From positions 3,557,245 to 3,621,244 of the forward strand of contig NC_068988.1 of the NCBI RefSeq assembly GCF_001194135.2: a stretch of DNA of 64,000 bases, in the 5' to 3' direction. This DNA is from Octopus bimaculoides (Eukaryota). Both the position numbers and the translations under genes were made by a program. Of the stretch, positions 26,297 to 39,900 are shown in pieces. The notes beneath the pieces are model-generated. The model worked only from the letters and a program-made list of their open reading frames with translations, did not search any database and had not been told where the DNA came from. Within the stretch, counting starts at the first letter, position 1. Each line of letters begins with the position of its first letter.

Positions 26297-27129
26297 AGCA
26301 TATATCCATATCCATAAATATATGAATATATTTGTATTTGTGTGTGTGTGTGTGTATGTGCACGTCTATTGTATTTAGCTACCTATACATGTATGCATAT
26401 GTGCATGCACATATACATATATATACACACACACACATGTATATATGCATACATATTTATCTATACATCTATCACTCCCTTCCTCCCTCTTTCTCTTATA
26501 TATGTGTATGTGTGTGTGTTTCTGTTGTATCTAGCTACCTATATATATGTATGTATGTGTGTGTGCCTGTGTGTTTGTATAAATATATATATATACACAC
26601 CGACATGTATATAAGCATACACATTTTCTATATATCTATAACTAACTCCCTGTCTCTCTTATATGCGTGTGTGTGTGTGTGTGTGCGTGCGTATTATATA
26701 TACTTAAATTATATTGATGTGTGGGTGTGTAATTGGACAAATACACAAACATAAATATAAAAGAATTTATATTTTGCAAATGTCAATGGGAAAATGTGAA
26801 ACTAATTTTGAAACTGAAGGCAGATGCAAATGAAACATTCTGTAGTTTGTTAATAATAAGAAGAAATATGAAATTAGCATTTGATAGTGGGTGGGTAGCT
26901 TAGACATATTTATTACAAACAATTTCAATTGAAATGAATCACAATACATAAAGGGCCACACAGCTCAGAGATAAAGGTCATAAGTTTAAACCTGGTCCTA
27001 TATATCAGTGTTCAGTTCAGCAATGAGAAGAGACTGTAGATATGAATCTACTTCTGGATTTACACAACAGTAGCTCTCGACAACCGATACAGCTATGGAG
27101 AAACTTGCTTATATGATGTGTATATAAGC

Positions 27130-27590
27130 AAATCAATTTAATGTGTCATCATTGTTGTGGATTTTCTTGATCTGAAAAGGAGTCCCAGTCATTCCAATTC
27201 CTTTTACTTCACCTTCTTCTAACATGGCCCCTAAGGTGAGAGCCAGATTTGTTAGAAACATTCAGAGAACGTTTTTGCATAGGAGCATTTGTAATTATTC
27301 CACAATGATGGCCAGTTTTTTTCTTTCTCATCTGGCATCTTTGGTGCTCTTTGTCTTTTCTGTTCCACTCAAGGAATTCACAGCTAAGACAACAGAAACT
27401 TTTCTTTTGCTTTCTATTCTCTGGGCACCAGACAATGTGAGGTTCCACTTTAATATATCTCTGAACTTCAATTGTGGTCTTCTTTCTAATGTGTCTCTGT
27501 TGTCAGTTCAGAATGAAAGATGGTGCTTGGAAGTCATAGAGGGACTTCAGCAGCAATGTAAGCTCTCAAGCAAATTACCACTCTGGGCCC
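27130..27590 (-). mobile_element. RTE (BovB-like) LINE 3' fragment with terminal zinc-finger-like remnant
   Basis: IFHSELTT...RPQLKFRDILKWNL followed by ...SGSHLRGHVRR. Confidence 0.7.
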
Positions 27591-28783
27591 TTTACTATTT
27601 ATTTCTTGACTAAAGACCACAACATACATAGGTCAGAACTGTGAAGCCCTGAGTAACTGTCCAGTGTACCTATGCCTTAAGATGGCCCAAGGGGTCGTTT
27701 GTTGCCCATGCTTTGAACATGGCTAAACAAGTACCACTGATACTTGATGGTTGGCACTTCCATGCTTCCCATTTTTGTTTGTTTAAGGGCTGATAATTTT
27801 GTAATAGAGGAGTTTCCCTATTGTTAGGGAGTTAACTGCTTGCAATATATTTGATGCAAACAAAGACAAAGAAACAAACAAACTTCCTTTTACATTACTT
27901 TAGAGATTTTTTTTTACTAGTTTCAACAATTATAGTGTGGCCCTTCGAAGACACTTCCTTCAAAGATTTAGTCAAATAAACCAACAAACAATTAGCAGAT
28001 AAACAGAAAATTCATTCCTAAATTTATCATTATAATACAGAGCATGACAGCTTAGCAGATGTGCTTATATCATTCAGAAGAAAAATAAAATGCCTTACAT
28101 GCATATCAACAGCTTGCTCAATGAATATGTATTATAAATTTAAAAAGTGTTTGACGAGGAAAATCACTTCCCTTTCACTTCACAGCACAACCGTCTCCTA
28201 TGACTGCTGGAACAATACTGAAGGGCAGTAGGACTGTGAGTGAGGTGAGAAACACACTGCCGCAAGTCAGCTGGAACCTGTTGTAACACGTACGTGTATC
28301 TTGAAAAGTAGAGCTAAGAAACAGTTTTAACCATGATATCCATTATCAACAACCTAAAATGAGTTGGAAATTGCTACTCTTGTCTCAGAAGCATTTTGAT
28401 TGTTGACCAGTGTAATTAATTCAGGGTGGACACTGTTTTTATCAGTCAAATCTAATAAATCAAGTCAAATTGTTATACCTTGGATTGAGCAATACTCAGT
28501 ACCTGTCAGTATTTGAACCTATAATCTTATATTCAGGGTAACACTAGAAATTTAAAACTATCCAGCCACTTCTGGACTTAAAGATCAGAATCATTACCAT
28601 TCAACCAGCAAAATCAGAAATGCATGTCTTAAAATTTTATTTTCTTTCTAAATTGACATTTGTCCAGATTCACCTTTGGATTTGTAGAAAGCAAAAATAG
28701 AAAAGTATTTAAGGCAACTTCCCTTCATAATCCCTGCTGTATTTAATCTGCCAATCTATAATGTAATCATGCAGCTTTCTTAC

Positions 28784-28858
28784 CTATTTCCTAATAAATC
28801 TTGTGCAGTAGCAGCAACAGAGGCTGGACCGTATTGGCCTCTAGATTTAGATAAATAT
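28784..28858 (-). CDS. Candidate 75-nt coding exon (YLSKSRGQYGPASVAATAQDLLGN, phase 2 to 2)
   Basis: Pyrimidine tract plus caag acceptor, consensus donor TAG|gtaaga, single open frame; not in a recognisable TE; no homology recognised. Confidence 0.3.
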
Positions 28859-29926
28859 CTTGTATTGAGTAGCAGAAAACATGACAGAGAAAGATTTAGT
28901 CATCAGCTGAAATGAGAAGAAACACTTTGGGAAATTGAAGGAGTCAGCTGCGAGCAACAAACATGCCAATGTTACAGAATGAAATTTTTCATTTTTCGAT
29001 AATCACAAAACTGTTGAGATAACAATAAAATTGTCACGCTTGTAAAATATCGACTATTCCAAGATTAACGAGCTGCTAGCCGAGTGTTAGCTAACACAAT
29101 TCTGAAAGTGGGAGACAGATTTACGAGATGGCTTTGTTAACAATTCTTCCATATGAAACAAAAGCTGGAAAGAGAAAAGCTCAGTTAAAATTATAACTTC
29201 ATGCAGAATAAAAAAATTTTTGCAACAAAATTTTGAACCTCTAATGAGGTATTTAGAGGAGAAATTTATTTCTAATCATGTTGGCTGCAATGGTATGAAT
29301 ATTAAATCTTCTTGTTAATATGATGGAGACTGTATTAAAGAAGCTTCGTTAAAGATTATTAATAATACAATTTAAACAATATATTTCCAACTTCTCTGGA
29401 AGTCAAGATTACTAATGTCAATATTTATAAATGGTGTTTCAATAAAAGTGAAAATGAAGATAAAATACAATTTCTAAACTTAAATACTAATTTGTTTATA
29501 GAAACATTTGCATTTTTTTAACCATTTGTTTTTATGTTAATGACTGCAATATTTTAATCATATTACAAGATTTAAAATAGCCATGCTAGGAATCCTCAGG
29601 AAAGATATGCTAGTATGAATGGTTGCTTTAATCATAGCACTTGCAATGGAAAAGATACAAGATATACCAAATATTTAATGGCAGAATGAATTCAGCTTGT
29701 GTAATACAAACTCTACAAAGCCAGTCACATGATAAGCTTTACTGTTTTGTGAGGAAATAATAAAATAGACAAATTCTAATGAACCCAGTGTTTATCGTTG
29801 GAGAAGAATATGACTCTCTGAGTAAGGTCAGTATTTAATGAGGTCAACACCATGGTAACAATCATACTTGGTATGTTAAATAAAAATAGGAAAATACCCG
29901 ACACTGTGTAGAAACAAGGAATTCAT

Positions 29927-30154
29927 TTAACCCTTCAGTATTCAGATTGTTGTGTCAAATGCAATGCTTATTTATTCACATTGCTTTGAATTAATCATAC
30001 GTCATCTCATAACTTTGAGATTTTGATGATGAGATTGTATGTTATTAAAATGTCATTGTAGGTTAGGTGTGAAAAGTGAGATCTGGCCAGTTTGAACATA
30101 AAACAGGTTGATTATTTGGGCCAGAGACAGCCAGTTTAAATGCTAAAGGGTTAA
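29927..30154. mobile_element. piggyBac-type MITE (220 bp) with TTAA target duplication
   Basis: TTAA-cccttcagtattc ... aaatgctaaaggg-TTAA. Confidence 0.85.
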
Positions 30155-30823
30155 AAATGGAACAAAATCTCTGGAAGACATAAAGCTAACTATAAGTTGT
30201 TAACGAAGGAATTAGTCAGTGCACAGCTGACAAATAGGTGCAGAGATAATTATGTTTTGAATATAAATATGCAATGAGTTAATGCATATTGCAGCTGCAA
30301 AAGAAACTGACAAACAGCTGCTAGGATAAAATATACCAAACGTGAATATACTTAACTCACTAAGAGGTGACATACGATGGAGATGACAAGAAAAATAACA
30401 TATGGCAGATTCATCCACCTCACACCAGCATTTAAAAGTAGATGTTAAGTGGTGGTGATGGTGGCAACAATGACAATATCAACAATGTTGAGGATGATGA
30501 TGATGGTAACAGTGATCAAGTTAATGATGATAATGACACAAACAATGACAACTGATAAAAATGATGATGACGGTTGAAATGATGATGATGATGACGATGG
30601 TGGTAACGATGACGACAACAACAACGACAATGATGATTCCTACTCAGAGCTATTATTCATTTTTGAGAAACTTGAATTTAATTGCTGTTGATGAGAAAAA
30701 AATTGTATATAGAGTAATATTTTATATTCTAATTGAAATCAAGAGACATGATATGGATCTTTTTGTGAAATATTTCATCAGAAAGCTGTTCCTGTTTTGT
30801 CAACTGAAGCTAGATTAGAACTG

Positions 30824-30882
<59 letters not shown>

Positions 30883-30952
30883 NNNNNNNNNNNNNNNNNN
30901 NNNNNNNNNNNNNNNNNNNNNNNNNNNNNNNNNNNNNNNNNNNNNNNNNNNN

Positions 30953-31011
<59 letters not shown>

Positions 31012-31404
31012 CTGCAAACTGCTGAAATTAAATTTTTTTATTTTGATGTTATCGTTTCAGAGATGACAATTGTAAATTGTCTAAGAAGGAAAACAAACTG
31101 AATAGTCTGCTGGCAAACTGAAATAAAATAATTTACTAGCTGGGCTAAAACGGGAAATGATTTTCACTAAATATTCGTTGATATTAAACAAAAACGTTTG
31201 ATTGAATAAAATGAATTTTAGAAACATTAGAACAAGTTCAAAGAGAAATCTTTGGCGATTACAATTTCCAATATGTTATATATAGTCGATGAGCTGTGTT
31301 CTGAAATGTTTGAGTTGTTATTGTCTTGCTTATATAATTGCCCTGCTTTCCAATATTTGGTGCAACGTATAATGTAAAATACGACAATGAAGAAGAAGAA
31401 GAAG

Positions 31405-33170
31405 AATAGCAATACTAACTACCAACATGGCTCAGAAAGATCGGAACAAATGTAAAGATAGAACACCTACAAGAATCATCATTGCTTGGAACTGAAAGAG
31501 TTCTCCACAGAGTTCTTGGAGCATAATCAGTAAACAAGTGTCACCTTAACCTGCTGGCTGTGGACAGCTGACACTTTCGATCATAGCCAGCAAAATAGGC
31601 TGAAAGTTTTCATCAATTAATAATTAATGATAATAAACAGTGTTTTGGATTTATTCAATGCAGAAAAGGCAGAATTTATGTGCAACTTCAAGAAGACTAA
31701 CCATTGGAGACTAAATCAAGAAACAAGTCATTAAAGTATTGAAACAAAGAATACCACACAAACAAATAAACTCATCAAGGCTGCAAGTAGGGCTGTTGTA
31801 GAAAGGATGGGATTGAAGACCAATGAGAACAGAACATTGACAGAAAGAAAAGGAAATAAACAACCTTGGGGACAAAAGAGAATATCAGAAGATATAAGGT
31901 CCCAGAACAGGGTACTGTCAATACTTGATAGGAACAGAAAAGGAGAAGTGAAGAATGATCGCAATTTTTTTAAAAATTGAAGAAGTATGGAGTTGATATG
32001 AAAGGATTGAGTATTTTCATTGAAGAACTGAAGCAGTGTATACTTGTCAAAACAGCATAGTTAACTAGGTCTGAGCAATGGATTAAGCAGTTCTGGCAAA
32101 AGTGATTGTTTAGAATCAATGAAAATATATTTTATCAAGAAATTAATGAGCATTTAGCATGCAAAAGATTTCTTCCTGTTGCAGATGAGAGCCAACAGTT
32201 TTGGGGTAAAATAAGGAATAAGCAACCACAGCAAAATACTGGAGCTGAATGACTCTGAAGCCGGAAACAGTTTCTTATCCCCAGCAAGAAGCTATCTTCT
32301 TTAACAAAGACAGTATCAGAAATATGAGCAGAAAGATGCACAACTGGAAAGCAGCAGGATTTGCTGGTGTGCAGGGATTTTGGATTAAAACAAAAAAAAG
32401 TTCAGTAGGTGCCATAAATTGATTGCAGAGCTATTTAATGCTTTGATTGATGGAGCAGAAGAAATTCTAAGGGGGTTGATCAAAAGACAAACAGTCTTGT
32501 ACTTGAAGGATGTATGTATCAAAAGGAAATGCTGCCAACAATTACAGGCCAATTTCTTGCCTTTCAATAAAATGGAAGTTACTGTCAGGAGGGATTGCAG
32601 AAGAAATGTACAAATTTCTTGAGATAATGACATTTTACCAATGAAGCAAAAAGGTTATAAGAGGAGATGCGGAGGTTCGAAAGACCAATTATTAATAGAC
32701 AAAATGGTAATGCAAGATTGTAAGGGAAGGAGGACAAATTTGGGAATGGCCTGGATTGATTATCACAAAGCTTATGATATGATTCCACATTAGTGGATCA
32801 TTGAGTGCTGAGGTATGTTTGGAATTGCAAGGAATGTAACATGTTTTGTGAAGAGAAGTATGGTGGGGTTGATAACTGAGTTGATATAGAACAGACAAAG
32901 CTTGTGCACTCAGAGCACCAGGAGAGGGAGTTTGCAAGGAGAGGGAGTTTGCAAGGAGATAGCTTATCTCTGTTGCTTTTTGTACTTTACCCAATCCCTC
33001 TGACCTTGGTGTTTAGGAAAAGCGAATCTGGGATATCAGTTAAAGGAAAAACACAAATAATCAACTATCTCCTCTCCATGAATGATTCCAAGCTGTATGG
33101 CAAAGATGAGGTACAAGTGAGTTCCTTGGTGAACACGGTCCACTGTTTATGGAGGGAAAAAAAAGATTGA
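31405..33170 (+). mobile_element. R4/Dong-like LINE: a short 3' end (31405-31530) followed by a 1.5-kb RT-domain fragment
   Basis: HLQESSLLGTERVLHRVLGA*; QPWGQKRISEDIRS; [13 protein letters not shown]; QGDSLSLLLFVL; NYLLSMNDSKLYGKD. Confidence 0.9.
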
Positions 33171-34380
33171 AGATAGGAACTAGGTCTGGTGTACATTTTT
33201 AGAGAAATTTAAAGAACTCAGCTAGGTTGTTATGCTATTTAGCCTTTAATCACCAATTTTCAAGCAAACACCTATGATTAAAATTGTTCAGGTTGTGGAC
33301 TCAGAACTTCATTCTGCCATGTAAATTCAGAGACACAAACACTTTTAAATGGCTGTCTTTGTTGCAGAAGCAACATTCCTCTTAAAATAATTCTGATAGT
33401 TGACTCCTGGGTGGAAATGCTAGTGGTAAAGAGACAAGAGAAAGAGGAGGGAGAAGGGGGATAGTGATAAAGATAAGAGTAAGAAGAAAAGGGGAAAATG
33501 AGAAGGATAGATGGAAAGAAAAGTGAAGAATAAACCAAAAGATAGGAAATTTAATGAATATTAGAACTAAGAATGGATGTAGAAGGAAGAATGAAATCTC
33601 TCCTTAGAAACTGTGTGGGAGAGAATTTTGATAGAGAACAGAATGTTGCAGCTACAGATATAGTATGAGATGAATAGAGAGCAAAGAGGCGACATCATTC
33701 TTATAAAATAAATATCATAGTTTAAAAGGCTTCATGGTAAACTGTATTTATAAATAATATTGAAAATAATTTTTAAAAAGAAGAAACAGTGTAAAATTAG
33801 ATCAGTAAAACCCATTTCATATATAAATGGTACTATATGTTATAGAATGATTAGTTGCAGAAAAATCTGAATAAAAATAATCCCTTAAGCAGAATATAAT
33901 GAAGGATATTGATTAGAAAGTATGTTTATGTATTCTCATCAGTTTTAGAGCAGCCTTAAAATATCCCTCCACCAATTTAGAACAAAAACTGTATGGATTC
34001 CTCATAAAGGCCACGGGTAGAGATACAACTGACAAAGAATAAAAATAACTCTAAACACTCCTCTTTATTAATGTTAATTCAATGAAAAAATTTGTGAGTG
34101 TGATTGGGTGTTTTCATTATTATTATTATTATTATTTATACTTCAGTCAAAGAAGAAGGTAGCATCTACTACCCACGCTTACTATTTTAGGCTAATGCCA
34201 TCAAGGCTGGTAGGGGAAAAAGAAGGAAATTATCTTTAGATTAGAAACATAGCCTTATAATAGACTGGATTATGCTAAAGGCACCCAAAGATTAGTTTCC
34301 TTTTAAAATCTGGTTGCTACTGACAAAAGAAAAGACTAATGCATAAATGTAGGCTCCCAACATCTATGATGAATTAATTT

Positions 34381-34587
34381 TTAACCCTTTAGCATTTCAA
34401 CTGGCCATATCAACCCCAAATATTCTACCTGGTTTATATTCAAACTGACCAGGACAGGTCTCTCACATCTACTTTATAATGTCATTCTAAAAATAAACAA
34501 TCACATTATCAAAATCTTGAAGCTACAAAACAATGTGAATAGATAAGCATTAGATCTGGCAAAGTAATCTTACTGCTAAAGGATTAA
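34381..34587. mobile_element. Second copy of the piggyBac-type TTAA MITE, opposite orientation
   Basis: TTAA-ccctttagcattt ... tgctaaagga-TTAA; internal sequence matches the reverse complement of 29931-30150. Confidence 0.85.
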
Positions 34588-36384
34588 ATGAAAACACAGC
34601 AAGCAGGATCTAATGGATTCTTTTATTACATTGTTTCTTTTTATTTCAAAATAAACTTGTAAAATGATCCACTACCATCTTGCAAAACACTTAACATCAT
34701 AAACTTAAATTAAAACCATAATGGTTCCATGACACATACTCACGTGGAAGGTTAGATCAGCACCAAACCAATGACAGGCTGGGTCCACATATGTAGTGGA
34801 AATAAGATAGTGGACATTTTTACTTAGAGTTTGGAGTGTATTAGTTGCAATTTGAAGAAGTATATTAATTCAGCCTTCCTTCATTGTTGCCACTTCTGAT
34901 GATCAAAGTGATTTATTAAGATTATGAATAATGTTCTGTATCATTCATAGGGGAATCCCTCTGGAAGGAGCCAGAACTGCAATAGAAAATGTTGATTCAT
35001 GTCCATAATTGCTTTTAATGAATGCATATTGTGCCTTAGAACAATATGCATTCATTGTTCTCCATCACAACATCACACCCACGGATTCTCACGTAATTTT
35101 AAATAAGAACCTTATTAAAATTTACACAACTCGGGAAGAATGACTTGCAAATAGCTTCCCCACATGAAAGATGAAAGATTGCCCTATGGAGAGTAATATT
35201 CCTTCTTGTGATTTGAATGGATCATGCCTTAGGAAGTAGGGTTAATGTGCCAATCAGTTAAACTTCTTTACTGTTGTAAGCATTTAGACCAGGTTTCTCT
35301 TCCAAGGATTACTTCCTCCAGCATGGTCTGGAGTCACTGAATAAGCATCATGTGTTTTGCTCTTTCTCCAATGAAAATAATTGTCATTATTTTCCAATAG
35401 TTCACTTGAAAATTTAGTGAATCTAGTCTAAGTAAAATATGTCACCAAATAAGCCCTGTACTATGCTACAGCGTCGGTAGAGCCATGGCAAAGTTGCAAA
35501 AGAAAACAAAATTAAGCAGTACTTGTTATGCCATTGCCCATATATTACACTCACTCTGAAAATTCTGAAGCAGATAAAGAATAATTGTTGTGAGACATGA
35601 TCTCTTTAGCTTAGAGCCAGCTTCTTAATTCTACTTCAATAAATGTGGATCTTCTTTTAGAATATCCAAATGGCTGCCCACAATCTGAATACAATCACAA
35701 AGTTTCATAAAACATTTTCCTGGCTACTTTTACACTGAAAAAAGGAGAAGCAACTTAAAAGAGAACAAAGCAAACTTTACAAAAAGTATGACAAAATATT
35801 TATTATCTGTGTTATAGGGAGGAATTACCAAGAGATTATATTTACACTGTACCATGGTTGATGAAATTTTAATGAATAAATTATTCTTCCATTTTCAATT
35901 TTATATAAGCTTATGTAAAACATTTATTTCATTCATTTTTGATATTTGTGAAGGAATAAAGAATAACAAAGGTTGCAAGCATGGAGAGAATAACAAATGA
36001 AAATTGTTCCTGGTTCATATAAGTCTCTATGATTCAAGGGAAAACTACGGGTGAAACCAGTGATACAATAGTACAAAGAGTTTCAAATGAAAATGCAGAT
36101 GTTGTCTGTCCCCCAAAATACATAATACCACAAGAAAGCCTCTTCGTAAATCTTATTGTTGTAATAAAGGAAGTTCCAAATATGTCTTAATCTGTTTAAA
36201 AGGAGCATGTATCACCAGAAGCCATAACTATGTGGTACTGAATGAAGAAAGGGTATGATAGTTTATATGGATTAACAACATATAACACTTTCTCCACTTA
36301 AATTGTTAATACCTATATGTATATAGTACTACACACATCATATAGCTTTTATCATAACTTATTAAATACATTTAATAGATTATT

Positions 36385-36418
<34 letters not shown>

Positions 36419-36710
36419 AAGTATTATGTATATTCATTATCATTATTTATCACGTAGATTTAATAAAACGTTATTACTTGTGCATGTATACACTCATTGC
36501 ATATTCTTTACCATAATTTATCAAATACATCTGCTAGGTTGTTATTATCTGTTATATACTCACACCTTACCTATATCCTTTATCATCATTTATCATGCGC
36601 ATTCAATAAATTGCTACGACATTTGTGCATGTATGTGTGTGTCTGTATGCATACATATATATATAGAGAGAAATAGAAAGTTCTTGGCACAGTACTATAT
36701 ATTTGAAAAT

Positions 36711-36920
36711 AAAAAATGAATAGTAATGGATTTTCTGATAATTTTTTCCCCCTTAAATAATTAGATGTTTATAAATTATTAGGTGTTTAGAAATTGTGAC
36801 TCTGTATTGAGTTTCTCATTTAAAAGTGGAGTCACCATTTCTAAACACCTAATAATTTATAAATATCTAATTATTTAAGGGGGAAAAAATTATCAGAAAA
36901 TCCATTCCTATTCACTTTTT
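36711..36920. repeat. Long inverted repeat (92-bp arms, 26-nt spacer), foldback or MITE-like
   Basis: 36711-36802 versus the reverse complement of 36829-36920: 4 differences in 92 bp. Confidence 0.93.
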
Positions 36921-39900
36921 CAAACACACACAAATACGCACACATGTATGTGTGTGTATGTATGTATACACATACATTATACATAGTCATTATAATTATA
37001 ATTTATTGAGTTCATTAAAATATTAAATCTATTTGTTTATTGTTAGTTTAAACAGTTACAATGTTAGACATTTTAGCTTTCAAGATCCCATTCATTGCTA
37101 ATTATACAACTGATATTGTGTGACTAAAGAAAGAATTATAATTTGTTCTCAATGTAATTTATGGATTTAAATATTTTCAAATTCTCATTGATTTCTAAAT
37201 TGGTAAACCTTCAAGATTTTTTATAACAGAACTTGGCTGAAGGTATGTATTGGTTGTAAATATAGGTGCATCAGTGCTAATATTTGAACCTCATCTGGCT
37301 TAAATGTCACTCAGACTGGCTGTACACCAAGAATAACTGGTACAGTTTGATATCTATTGTAATCACAAGAAACCAGACCTCTTTTAGAAACTTTGGTTTC
37401 TCTCTTTAACATTTCCTTCAGCACAATTTGGATTGATCTCTAAAAGTTCTATGAGTTCTGCTAATGATTCAAACTTTGAAATATGTAGATGACAATACAG
37501 ATAAACCATAGTAGATTTAGAAAGTCAAGTTAGTAGAGGAGAGTCGAACTGGTAGAAAACTAAGAAAAGGAGAAGAGATTTTAATAAATACAGAAGCAAT
37601 CTTTTGTAGGAGCTGTGCAGCATACAGGTTGTATAGCATAGAGAGCACCTGGATGAATGGTCCTCCATTGCGAAATATCTTTGTTTTTACTTTCAAGGGA
37701 TAACTTTATATGGATGGAAAGAATTGCATCATACTTTCTGTACTACAAATCCCTTATAGGATCAGTGGGTGGTGGGGTACAGTTTGGAGGAATCCCAAGC
37801 TTATTATTTCAGAACTGTTCTAACTTGGCAGATATAGAAAAATCTTTTTCCTAATAGAATAAATAAATTATGGTTTGCCAAAAACTGAGAAGAAATAATT
37901 CATAGCAGCAGAAGTATTTGCATCATGGCATGGATACGTGAATGGAAATCAAGGAACTCTGGTGATTATGGTAAATTAAATGTAAATAAGAATTATCAGA
38001 ATGAGGTCTTTTAAAATCAGCTGAAAAGTATTTAGACAGACAATTTCAATAATGGTCTCTGTCTATAAAAGATGACTGACCTAATAACCCCACCACAACT
38101 CAGGCACTCCTGATCCAATCACTTTTCAACCTCTTGTCATTCTTGGTGCATTAAAACCCCTTCGCCTCATACTAACCATTTTACCAGGTCTTTTGGGGAA
38201 TTTTATCCATGCTCATGTCTTTCTTGCAGGTATTCAGCTACAGCAGTTTAAAAGTAACATTACTTTCATGAACCTCAGTGCTGAAGACCCTGCAAAGGTC
38301 ATAGATGCTGTAAACTAGTGGTTCAGCAAAAAGAAACCAATAAAATAAAAGGTATAAAAGATAAGTACTGGGTGTAAATGTATTCAACTAAACTCTCCAG
38401 TGTGGTGCCTCAGCATGACCACTGTCTGATGAAGACGAAAAAAAAAATAAAAGATCATCTTCATCATCATCATTGTCATCGTCATCATCATCATCATCTT
38501 TTTACATCCATCTTCCATGCTGGCATGGGTTGACTAGTTTGATGTGATCTCTTAGATCTGAGAATGTCATTGAGTTCCAACGTCTGCTCTGGCATGATTT
38601 TCTGCAACTGTGTGCCCTTCCTAATGCTAACCACTTTTGTAGAAAGTACTGAGTGTTCTTTCTTGTAGTGCCAGTCTTGGTAACATCATTCTTGTGGTTC
38701 ATTACAGTTCATTCTTGCAACCAATAATCCTCAATAATACTTTACTTTTTAATATTTAAAAAGAAAAAGAAACTCCAAAAATTTAATAAAATTTACATTT
38801 GATGAAACATTCCTTTGTTATTGCTTGCAGTAAATGTTGTGTTGTGGCCCTTATGCCTATCCAAGGTTTTTTTGTATAGCATATTTATGAACATTTTACA
38901 TTCCATCAAACATTTCAAAAATAAAAGGTTTTTGTTTTTACAACCCTTTGGAATGTATACTGTGAGAAATTGAGATATTGGATTGGCACTGCTATACCAG
39001 TAGATAAGAAGATTATTTCTAATAAAAATATGGTTCTAAGATTAAATACGGTGTCTTGAATATTGTACACTCTATATAAATTACGTACAATTTTCTTTGA
39101 AACATTAATGATCAAAGAAATTCTTCAGAGGATTATATAAAAATTGGTTGGGTTGGGGAGCTGGCTACTGTTTTAAGTTAGAAAGAAAAGTGATACAGCC
39201 ATCTAGTCACAAAGGAACACAGTATAGAATGTTAAAATAATAAACGTGTGTGTGTGTGTGCACAAGTTTATGAAGGTGTTCGGTGCAAGAAAGAAGTTTA
39301 CAAATTAAAAGTAATACAGTCCAGAAAAGTGAAGGAACAAACTAACATAACGAAGATTAACAATCCGCTCTTTCAAAATACTAATCTTCTAAGAATCTGT
39401 TTAAAGAAAAGATATCTTGGAAAGATATCTTTTATTTAAACAGAAGTCTGTAAGTATATTAAAAATTTCTTAAAACAGTAAGTGGGTGTATGTGTGAGTG
39501 TCTGTGTGGTGGGGTTTGATTTTGAACTTGTTTACCTTCACAAATGAAGATTTGTTTCCTTACCTGAAAACCGATCAGTTTATAAATAACTATTTCTACT
39601 AATTTTGAAGCACATCGGTAATGAATTACAAATTGGCAAGACATTTGGAAATGTTATGAGGTTTAAATGTTATATAATATTTCATTGAGAAATTTGATTG
39701 ACTGCTTGACAGTCGCTTGATCTGCATCCAATAAATTGAATTCTGAAGAGAGAATCTTAGAAACCGACACCTTGAACAGAACATTTGAAATCAATAAAAT
39801 TAAGGTCAGAATTGTGTTTAATATTTTGGCAGAATAGAAAGCTAGGTTATACGGAAAATTTTTTTTAACTTTGAATGTCTATTCACATTTTCATGGTATT

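Noticed and set aside
38426-38445. CTGATGAAGACGAAA hammerhead-like string
   Set aside because: No stem II or stem III; it is the degenerate tail of a SINE.
39742-39770. CTGAAGA...GAAACC motif
   Set aside because: Stem II is marginal, with no cleavage triplet or stem I.
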